Shown one piece after another: positions 9,645-17,591 of a stretch of 64,000 bases of DNA (position 1 is its first letter; each line of letters opens with the position of its first letter). Made by a program: the position numbers and the translations under genes. The stretch lies in contig CAXXHA010000030.1 in NCBI GenBank assembly GCA_963662265.2, positions 24,190-88,189 on the forward strand, written 5' to 3'. This stretch comes from Spirochaetia bacterium (GTDB taxonomy: Bacteria; Spirochaetota; Spirochaetia; CADAEX01). The notes under the pieces were generated by a model. It saw nothing but the letters and a program-made list of their open reading frames with translations. It did not search any database and was not told the DNA's origin.

Positions 9645-10574
9645 ATGATTAATATCACCGGACAGTTACTTGCCCTTATTGCTGCGGTATGCTGGGCTCA
9701 GAATTCACTTATCTACTCATGGATTGGAAAAAAAACCGGATCAAATGCGGTAGCTCATGTAAGGATATGGATTGCATTTCCGGCAATCATGATTGCAAAC
9801 TTGTTTTTCACTTCATCGATCTATCCGCTTAATTACCCTGCAGAGGTTTATTTATATTTCGGTATTTCCGGTTTTCTAGGGTTTTTTATTGCAGATATTC
9901 TTATTTTCAGGTCTTTTGTTTTCCTGGGTCCTGTCAAAACAATGGTTATAATGACATTTTCACCTGTTTTCAGTGCACTTATATCATGGATAACTATGGG
10001 CGAATCTCTCAATATTCTGCAACTGTCAGGAATACTGATAATTATTTCCGGAATTATTCTTGTTGTATCTGATAAAACAAACAGTACAGATGATTCAAAT
10101 CAATCATCCACCCTATACAACAAACATTCATATTTAAAGGGGACTCTTTTGGCTTTTGCGGGAGCATTTACGCAGGCTGCCGGATTTGTTATAGCAAAAT
10201 ACGGGTTAACAGGAGCAGATGTATTTGTCCACCCGGTCAGTGCAAATGCAATCAGAATCTCTGCAGGGGGAATCGGACTTGCTGGTATGCAGCTTCTGAA
10301 AAAAGAGTTTGTATCAGATTTCAGGAAAATGAATAATATTAAAATTCTCTCTTTTATGGTTTTTGCAGCACTTGCAGGTCCTGTACTTGGAATCATACTT
10401 TCACTATATGCCCTTAGACTGGCTCCTGCAGGAATAGTTACAGCTCTTATGCAGATGAGCCCTGTTATACTCATACCGCTTGAATTCATTATTTTCAGAA
10501 AATACCCGTCTGTTTTTAAGATAGCTGGCGCTCTTCTTTCAACTGTCGGGGCTGCTGTTTTATTTGCATTCTGA
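9645..10574 (+). CDS. DMT/EamA-family transporter
   Basis: About 10 hydrophobic helices in two repeats; GQLLALIAAVCWA start. Confidence 0.88.
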   Translation: MINITGQLLALIAAVCWAQNSLIYSWIGKKTGSNAVAHVRIWIAFPAIMIANLFFTSSIYPLNYPAEVYLYFGISGFLGFFIADILIFRSFVFLGPVKTMVIMTFSPVFSALISWITMGESLNILQLSGILIIISGIILVVSDKTNSTDDSNQSSTLYNKHSYLKGTLLAFAGAFTQAAGFVIAKYGLTGADVFVHPVSANAIRISAGGIGLAGMQLLKKEFVSDFRKMNNIKILSFMVFAALAGPVLGIILSLYALRLAPAGIVTALMQMSPVILIPLEFIIFRKYPSVFKIAGALLSTVGAAVLFAF

Positions 10575-10590
10575 TATTTCAATAATATTT

Positions 10591-10718
10591 TGTAACTTTA
10601 TCAAAATTAAGATGTTCTCTTTTATGTAATGCCTGTTAGGAATTATAATTTTTTACGAAAACTCTCCTAAATAATTTATTTCATTACAAAGGCTGTCGGG
10701 GGACAGCCTTTGTTTTTA
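10591..10718 (+). ncRNA. Putative sRNA 1 (ECF-type promoter, about 95-nt RNA, intrinsic terminator)
   Basis: TGTAAC-N16-TGTT; ACTCTCCT anti-SD core at 10661; hairpin ACAAAGGCTGTC-GGGG-GACAGCCTTTGT plus a T run. Confidence 0.5.
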
Positions 10719-10726
10719 AACAGATT

Positions 10727-10845
10727 TGTAACTTTAATACAGCTAAGGTGTTTATCTTTTAAACAAAGATTGAACCGTTAGAATCTTTTCATAATACTCC
10801 TTTTTTCCAGAGGCTTTTCAGATAACTGGAAAGCCTCTTTTTTTT
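10727..10845 (+). ncRNA. Putative sRNA 2 (ECF-type promoter, about 85-nt RNA, intrinsic terminator)
   Basis: TGTAAC-N16-TGTT; CTTTTCATAATACTCCTTTT core; hairpin AGAGGCTTTTCAG-ATAA-CTGGAAAGCCTCT plus a T run. Confidence 0.55.
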
Positions 10846-11247
10846 GTGATATGTTGCATTTCATGAAAAAGATTTTTTTAAGATTAGTTGTTGTTTCTGT
10901 TTACAGTTTTTCAATTATACTCCATTCATATTTATACAGAATTTCAGTCAGTTATTTCAGCTTGCAGTACAGAAAAATATGGGAACCGGTACTGTGTGTT
11001 TCAAATTTCAGCATCTATAACATATTGTGGTTTAACCTGAAAATTCTTATATTTATTATTATTCTTGTTCCTCTCTGGTTTACAGCTTCATTTATAATAA
11101 AAAAATATTATATTTTCTATTTCCCCGAGGAAAACAAAGATTTTCAGAATATTAAAATCTCCTCTATTCTCAAATAATCCATAATTTCAATAAAAAAACA
11201 GTTATTTCTTTTTCAATTCTATTAATTCAACATCATTAAAAAAGTTG

Positions 11248-11276
11248 TTGAAAGCAGGAGATTTTGCCGGTATCAT
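11248..11276 (+). promoter_or_regulatory. sigma-70-like promoter
   Basis: TTGAAA-N17-TATCAT upstream of the GAGGAGG RBS of 11296. Confidence 0.55.
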
Positions 11277-11295
11277 AATTTAAGAGGAGGAAGTC

Positions 11296-11661
11296 ATGCT
11301 TAGTTTTGCAAAACTGAATAAAGCATTAACTGGAATTATTGATCAGTCTGAAGCTGCTGCTGCAGAAGATGTTGAAAAACTCAAAGATGAACAGCTTGCA
11401 ACTCTGTTTATATCTACTGAAAATCTAATTTCAGCTTTAGAAAAGCTTACTTTGAAAATAGATAATGAAATAGCAACCAGGGGTGAGATTTTTCTTCCTG
11501 AAACCGGCCAGAAACTGGCAATTGAGACTGAAAGTGTTATAAAAGTAAAAAAAATGAGCAAAAAGGAAATCAGAGAACTAGAGAAACTTGAAGCTGAAAA
11601 AGCGGCAGCAACTAAAAAAGCTCCTGCCGGAAAAAAATCAACTTCAAAAAAAGTAAAATAA
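11296..11661 (+). CDS. Hypothetical protein with a Lys/Ala-rich C-terminal tail
   Basis: Strong RBS GAGGAGG; 121 aa; tail KAAATKKAPAGKKSTSKKVK. Confidence 0.75.
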   Translation: MLSFAKLNKALTGIIDQSEAAAAEDVEKLKDEQLATLFISTENLISALEKLTLKIDNEIATRGEIFLPETGQKLAIETESVIKVKKMSKKEIRELEKLEAEKAAATKKAPAGKKSTSKKVK

Positions 11662-11784
11662 TCTAATTTTTTCCAGATTATAACTTTTTGTAATTTTATT
11701 TTTTTCTCAATATGTGTTATTATTTGTATTAATCCTGAATGAAGTCTGAATAGCACCACCATATTGAAAATCTGTCAGATCCCT

Positions 11785-11817
11785 AGAGGTTATAGCTAAT
11801 ATAACCTCTTTTTTTTT
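11785..11817 (+). terminator. Rho-independent terminator
   Basis: AGAGGTTATA-GCTAA-TATAACCTCT plus a T run. Confidence 0.8.
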
Positions 11818-11919
11818 GTTATTATATCAATATCCTTAGTACAATATTCTGCTAATCAACTGCAATTTAAACAAATGCAGGATCAGGCAAAACATGTTAT
11901 AATTTTTATAGGTTAATTT

Positions 11920-12816
11920 ATGAATATTAAAAGTCTTTTATTCCTACTTATCTCTATTACTTTAACATTCAGCTGCTACAATTCTTCAGTTCAGGAAGAT
12001 AAAAATACAAAAATAATCAACCACAAATACGCATCACTCGAAAAGATAACAGATGGATCCATCAATCATGCAAAAGCAGTATTACATGTTGCCTATGGAC
12101 ACACTTCCCATGGCAGTCAGCTTATAACAGGTATGGCAGGACTTGTCACATTTAAAGGTGATTTATATAAATATTCAAACGGGGGTGGAGTTGATTCTCT
12201 CGACTTGAGAGACACTCCTTTTTCAGGGGCAAGTGATCTCGGTAATCCAAACCGAACAACATGGGCAGCTTCAACAAGAAATTATCTTGATTCTCATCCG
12301 GAAATTAATGTTGTAATCTGGTCATGGTGCGGACAGGTATCAACAGCTTCAGAATCTGATATTTTGACATACCTCACCCTGATGAATCAATTGGAATCAG
12401 AATATGCTGAAGTTGTTTTTGTCTATATGACAGGACATCTGGACGGATCAGGAGAAAATGGGAACCTGAATCTCAGGAATCAGCAGATCAGACAATTCTG
12501 TATTGATAATGATAAATATCTGTATGATTTTGCTGATATAGAATCATATGATCCTGATGGAAATACTAATTATATGAAACTCAGAGCAAATGATGTCTGT
12601 TATTACGATAGCAGCGGAAACGGGACAACAGTAAGTTATGAAACAAATCCGCCTGATCCCTGTGAAGATTTGAACTGGGCAGAAGAATGGCAGAATTCAC
12701 ATTTACTTAATGTTGATTGGTATAATTGTTCGTCTGTGCACAGCCGACCGCTTAATTCAAATCTTAAAGCATATGCAGCATGGAATCTTTTCTGTATAAT
12801 AGCAGAGAATCTATAA
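11920..12816 (+). CDS. Lipoprotein, putative hydrolase of an uncharacterised family
   Basis: Lipobox TFSC; conserved-looking blocks AYGHTSHGSQL, WSWCGQ, VYMTGHLD, LYDFADIESYDPDG. Confidence 0.7.
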   Translation: MNIKSLLFLLISITLTFSCYNSSVQEDKNTKIINHKYASLEKITDGSINHAKAVLHVAYGHTSHGSQLITGMAGLVTFKGDLYKYSNGGGVDSLDLRDTPFSGASDLGNPNRTTWAASTRNYLDSHPEINVVIWSWCGQVSTASESDILTYLTLMNQLESEYAEVVFVYMTGHLDGSGENGNLNLRNQQIRQFCIDNDKYLYDFADIESYDPDGNTNYMKLRANDVCYYDSSGNGTTVSYETNPPDPCEDLNWAEEWQNSHLLNVDWYNCSSVHSRPLNSNLKAYAAWNLFCIIAENL

Positions 12817-12955
12817 TTATATAAAATCTATTTTTGTATCATTATTTCATTATAATTTTTTATTTAAACATCTTATTATTAATTATCTATTTATAAATAT
12901 TCACTGTTTTGTATAAGATAGTTGTAAAATCACTGTAGATGGAATGGAGCAAATA

Positions 12956-13162
12956 ATGGCAGAAGAACGTTTTGAATCAATAGAAACAAAACTTGCATAT
13001 CAGGAACTTACTATAGCTGAACTCAACAGTGTTGTAATAGAACAGCAGAAAACAATAGACCGGCTCGAAAACCAGATCAGGGAAATTACTGACAAGCTCA
13101 ATGATATTGCCGAACTGACAGGCAATGACAGAGGCGGAATACAGAAACCTCCACATTATTGA
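12956..13162 (+). CDS. slyX: SlyX family protein
   Basis: IETKLAYQELTIAELNSVVIEQQKTID...KPPHY C-terminus. Confidence 0.9.
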   Translation: MAEERFESIETKLAYQELTIAELNSVVIEQQKTIDRLENQIREITDKLNDIAELTGNDRGGIQKPPHY

Positions 13163-13191
13163 TAAATACCGCTGTAATTGAAGGCAATAAT

Positions 13192-14070
13192 ATGATTGAT
13201 ATCAAGCTTAAAACATTTCTCGAAGTTGCAAGGATAAAAAACTTCACCAAAGCTGCTGATATTCTGTGTATTACACAGCCTGCTGTTTCTCAGCATATCA
13301 GGGCACTGGAAGATTTTTACGGGGTAAAGCTGCTTAAGAAATCAGGCAGAGTCATGGAACTGACAGAAGAGGGAAATTTACTTTACCAGCAGGCTCTGCA
13401 GCTGGAAAGACTCAATAAAACTATTAAAAATGAACTTAGAAACTGTTTTTCTTCCAGGAAAATTTTCAATATCGGTGCAACACTAACTATTGGAGGATAT
13501 TTTATTCCGGGAAAACTGGCTTCATATAAAAAAGAGCACCCAAATATAGATATAAAACTTCATGTAAACAACACTGAAACTATTATAAAAAAACTGTATT
13601 CAGGTGATATTGAACTTGCTCTTGTTGAAGGACCTTTTGACAGGTCAAAAGTCAAATACAGAAAGATCAAGGATGATGAGCTTGTTTTAATCGTATCAAA
13701 GGAACACCCTTTTTCCGGACGGGAATATATAAATATAGAGGAACTGCTCACTGAAAAAATCATAATGAGGGAAAAAGGTTCCGGTACAAGGCAGATTACA
13801 GAAGATTTTTTCATTAAAAAAGGGATTAATATTTCAGATCTCAATATAACAATAGAGATTGGTGATATCACGGCAATAATATCACTTGTCGAATCAAATC
13901 AGGGCTGTACTTTCATATCGAGGGAAGTACTGAAAAAATTCAGGGACAGAAATACTCTTAGAATAATACCTGTTAAAAACTGTTCTGTTTTAAGGGAATT
14001 CAATCTCCTCTTTCTGGACAGCTTTGAAAACGATCTTTTTGAAAGTTTTTTCTCATACTGCCTTGAATAA
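13192..14070 (+). CDS. LysR-type regulator, CysL/YeiE subfamily
   Basis: NFTKAADILCITQPAVSQHI HTH; GATLTIG, NT, VEG and REKGSGTR motifs; adjacent to a YeiH gene. Confidence 0.9.
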   Translation: MIDIKLKTFLEVARIKNFTKAADILCITQPAVSQHIRALEDFYGVKLLKKSGRVMELTEEGNLLYQQALQLERLNKTIKNELRNCFSSRKIFNIGATLTIGGYFIPGKLASYKKEHPNIDIKLHVNNTETIIKKLYSGDIELALVEGPFDRSKVKYRKIKDDELVLIVSKEHPFSGREYINIEELLTEKIIMREKGSGTRQITEDFFIKKGINISDLNITIEIGDITAIISLVESNQGCTFISREVLKKFRDRNTLRIIPVKNCSVLREFNLLFLDSFENDLFESFFSYCLE

Positions 14071-14118
14071 ACCCCTGTCTGTCCTGAAAGACTGTATCAC
14101 CTTTTTCACCGCACACCC

Positions 14119-14133
14119 ATAAGCAGCTCTTAT
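14119..14133. promoter_or_regulatory. LysR-type operator (T-N11-A palindrome)
   Basis: ATAAG-CAGCT-CTTAT about 57 nt upstream of the YeiH start. Confidence 0.6.
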
Positions 14134-14189
14134 ACTTCCATAATAAACTATAATTTCACATAATACTCATCTTTGTGTAATATAGCTTC

Positions 14190-15179
14190 ATGAAAACAAT
14201 AATCAGACTTATACCAGGTTTGCTGCTTATATCTGTTATTGCAGCTGTTTCAGTTTTAATAAACAAATGGATAGGCAGATGGTTTAATCCGGAAAATGTT
14301 ACAATTGCAATTATATTGAGTATTTTTATCAGCAGCTTTTTCAGGCCTGGAAAAATATTTTCCGAAGGTATCAGTTTTTCCCATAAAAAACTGCTTAACT
14401 GGGGAATTATACTTCTGGGATTTAAACTCCATACAGCTGTTTTAACCAGAAGCGGCAGTATGATATTTTTACTGATAATATCATATGCTGCTGCATCTCT
14501 TTTTATTTCCGTCATTCTGGGGAAGTTTTTCAAGTTAGACAGAAAAACAGCTCTCCTTCTGGGAGCCGGCTCATCAATATGCGGGGCCTCTGCAGTAGCA
14601 GCTCTCGCCCCATGTCTGAATGCGGAAAAAGAAAAATCCCTTATTGCAGTGACAGTGGTCAATCTTCTCGGGGCGGCAGGTGTTCTTATATATTCTTTCA
14701 TTGCTGTTAATTCAGACTGTTTGAATGAATATAAATTCGGAACATGGTCAGGGCTGACCCTTCATGGGGTAGCACATGCTGTTGCTGCCGCATTTGCAAT
14801 GGGTAAAACTGCAGGTGAAGCAGGTACTGTAATAAAAATGGCACGGGTTCTTCTTATAATTCCGGTTTCTCTTCTTTTTATGTTTTTATCAGGCAGGAGG
14901 AAAGATAATGGAAGCAATATGAAAAATGTATTTCCTGGATATGTTTTTGTTTTTATTGCAGCAGCTGTCCTGAATTCAGTTATAACTATTCCGCAGCCTC
15001 TCCTTGCTGTTTTATCAAAACTAAGCAGTGTATTTATTCTATTTGCAATGACAGGACTTGGTTTGTCAATTAACGTGAAAACTGCGGCCGGTGAAGGTTC
15101 AAGGGCGCTTGCAGCAGGATCTGTTCTTTTTGCAGTGCTTTCTGTTTCAGGATATTACGCAGTATTCAGTTTTCTGTGA
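14190..15179 (+). CDS. YeiH family (putative sulfate/sulfite exporter) membrane protein
   Basis: GSSICGASAVAALAP, GIILLG, KMARV motifs; polytopic. Confidence 0.88.
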   Translation: MKTIIRLIPGLLLISVIAAVSVLINKWIGRWFNPENVTIAIILSIFISSFFRPGKIFSEGISFSHKKLLNWGIILLGFKLHTAVLTRSGSMIFLLIISYAAASLFISVILGKFFKLDRKTALLLGAGSSICGASAVAALAPCLNAEKEKSLIAVTVVNLLGAAGVLIYSFIAVNSDCLNEYKFGTWSGLTLHGVAHAVAAAFAMGKTAGEAGTVIKMARVLLIIPVSLLFMFLSGRRKDNGSNMKNVFPGYVFVFIAAAVLNSVITIPQPLLAVLSKLSSVFILFAMTGLGLSINVKTAAGEGSRALAAGSVLFAVLSVSGYYAVFSFL

Positions 15180-15275
15180 TATGTCAGGAAAATATATTAA
15201 ATCTTTTCCTGATAATGCAGCTTTATATTTCAAGCTGCATCTTTTTAAAAAATTATCTCAATAGACTATCAGGAT

Positions 15276-16547
15276 TCAACACACTCTCAGGATCCTGCTT
15301 GAAGCGTGTAATCTGTATCTGATATAAATAGCAACCTCATCAAGCATAGACTTGAATAAGCCGCTTTTACTTATATCTTCTTTAATTTTCAGTGGGAAAG
15401 TCTTGTAAATTTCATGTCCTGAATAAATATTCAAAACACCAACACTGCCGTCTTTTTTCAGGGGGGCTCTTACAGGTTCACGAATTTCAAAATCATAACT
15501 GAGGTTTTCAAGTCTGTTGAGAGGAACTGTAACAACTACATTTTCAGGGAAATCAATTTCAAGATATTTATTATTGCCTTTCCACAACCTTATCTGCTCC
15601 TTCAGTTCAGGTCTTATTGTTACTGTCCTAAAACTGCTGAACCCGTATGTAAGCAGAACTGCCGCATCAAAACTTCCACGTATCCTGCATTCCTTCGGTG
15701 TTTCCGCCCTGGAGCCCATGATAACCCCTATTAGGTGCATCCCGTCTCTTTCAGCACTCAGCGATACATTGAAACCTGATTCATCAATATAACCGGTTTT
15801 AAGACCTTCCACCCCGTCAACCCTTCCTACCAGAAGGTTATGATTGTACTGTACAATTTTACCGTGAACCGAGCCATTGTTTTTACCGTAATTTTCAATT
15901 TCAGGATATGCAAATAATTTCAGAGAATGAAATTCTTCTATTGAGCCGGGGAAAAAATCAACATATTTTCTGATAAATTTCAGGAATTCTGAAGCTGTTG
16001 TCTGATTATGTTCACTGTATCCGGATGTATCGGCAAAATGAGTTTTCTCAAGCCCAAGCTGCTTCATTTCATAATTCATCCGTTCAATAAAACTATCCAC
16101 ATCTCCGCAAATATATTTTGCAACTGCGACTGCTGCATCATTACCTGAAGGAATAGCAAGGCCAAGCAGGCACTCCCTCAGAGTAACTTTCTGCCCCTCC
16201 TCAATAAACATCAAAGATGACCTTGGAGGCTGGTTTCTGAAATCAGCTTCACTGTCTACCGGGACATAATCATCGAGAGAAACATTCCCTTCTTCAATCT
16301 CCTTGAAGACAATATAGTTTACAACAAGTTTTGTCATTGAGGCTGGAGGAGTTACAATATTACTCCCCTTTTCATAGAGAATTTTTCCCGTTTTATAATC
16401 TGCAAGAATTGCAGAATCACAGAAGAGAGAAGGCTCTGAAACTGCTGTATTTCCAGGTACTGCGCTTATATTTTTATTTATAGTTTTTTCAGCACATGAT
16501 AAAAGCAAAAATGATGTAAATAATAAAAGTAATATCTTTTTTGTCAT
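15276..16547 (-). CDS. dacA: D-alanyl-D-alanine carboxypeptidase (peptidase S11), lipoprotein
   Basis: PASMTK (SxxK), SGNDA (SxN), GLKTGY (KTG); lipobox LLSC. Confidence 0.9.
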   Translation of the reverse strand: MTKKILLLLFTSFLLLSCAEKTINKNISAVPGNTAVSEPSLFCDSAILADYKTGKILYEKGSNIVTPPASMTKLVVNYIVFKEIEEGNVSLDDYVPVDSEADFRNQPPRSSLMFIEEGQKVTLRECLLGLAIPSGNDAAVAVAKYICGDVDSFIERMNYEMKQLGLEKTHFADTSGYSEHNQTTASEFLKFIRKYVDFFPGSIEEFHSLKLFAYPEIENYGKNNGSVHGKIVQYNHNLLVGRVDGVEGLKTGYIDESGFNVSLSAERDGMHLIGVIMGSRAETPKECRIRGSFDAAVLLTYGFSSFRTVTIRPELKEQIRLWKGNNKYLEIDFPENVVVTVPLNRLENLSYDFEIREPVRAPLKKDGSVGVLNIYSGHEIYKTFPLKIKEDISKSGLFKSMLDEVAIYIRYRLHASSRILRVC

Positions 16548-16772
16548 TATTTTTTCCGTATTTTAATTATCAGGACAGATCCTGCATTTCAGTTAATTGA
16601 TATAAACTTTATTACCAATAGTCAATAGAATATAAACAGGCTGTATAAAACAATGCTTCCAAAGTTCTATACAGCCGTAGTTTTTTTCACCAGGTCTTTA
16701 TTCCTGATAAATCTTCAATAATTTATACTGATAATATTCCCTTATTCCCCTATTACCTCAATAAATCTCATA

Positions 16773-17270
16773 TTAAATATTCCTTAAAACATCTTCATAA
16801 TCAGGTTCTGTAGATATTTCAGGAACAAGCTGACTATATTTTACAGTTCCCTCTTCATCTATAACTATAACAGCCCTTGCAAGCAATCCTTTAAGCGGGC
16901 CCTCTGTCATCCTAAGCCCGTACCTGTCTCCGAATACATAATCTCTCATTTCACTGAGATTGACAACATTTTCAATTCCCTCGGAAGAGCAGAACCTTTC
17001 ATGAGCAAAAGGAAGATCCCTGGAAACAGCAAGAACAACAGTATTTTCAAGTGAAGCTGCCTCTTTATTGAATCTCCTTACCGAAGCCGCACATACAGAT
17101 GTATCAAGACTCGGAAATATACTGAGAATTACTTTCCGCCCCCTGAAATCTTTAAGATGTATATCTGCAAGGTCTCTTCCTGTCAATACAAAATCAGGAG
17201 CTGCATGACCAGGTGACGGAAGTTCGCCGTTAGTATGAATCAGGTTACCCTGAATAGTTATTTTTGCCAT
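16773..17270 (-). CDS. tpx: Thiol peroxidase
   Basis: FPSLDTSVCA, SRDLPFA, RFC, LLARAV, EPDY; RBS GGAGG before ATG 17270. Confidence 0.95.
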   Translation of the reverse strand: MAKITIQGNLIHTNGELPSPGHAAPDFVLTGRDLADIHLKDFRGRKVILSIFPSLDTSVCAASVRRFNKEAASLENTVVLAVSRDLPFAHERFCSSEGIENVVNLSEMRDYVFGDRYGLRMTEGPLKGLLARAVIVIDEEGTVKYSQLVPEISTEPDYEDVLRNI

Positions 17271-17591
17271 ATATTCCTCCAAAATTTTTATTTGAATAGA
17301 AATTTTTAATACATATCTAATTTAATACAGGAATAATGAAAAACACAACTTTTTCTTGTTTTTTATCAATCTGTCCTGATTATAGGCAAATCCTGTATCC
17401 TGGTTTTATGAAATCATCACTTGTTATCAATATATAATTATTTTACGGACAGTAAATAAAGGAAAAATAATAAATCCTTATCTTAAATTACCTTGACAAT
17501 AAACTTCCGGAGATTTCAGGTTATCTGTGATGAAGATTTTTTAACAAAAAAGCCGAAAATAATCATAGGACCAATTTCCCGGGGATATTAA

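Noticed and set aside
10851-11177. 108-aa hydrophobic ORF
   Set aside because: It starts right after a terminator, has no RBS, is very AT-rich and has no recognisable motif. It cannot be supported, though a small membrane protein is not excluded.
11689-11718. Third copy of the TGTAAC-N16-TGTT promoter
   Set aside because: It reads TGTAAT with a 20-nt spacer and does not match the geometry of the two copies.
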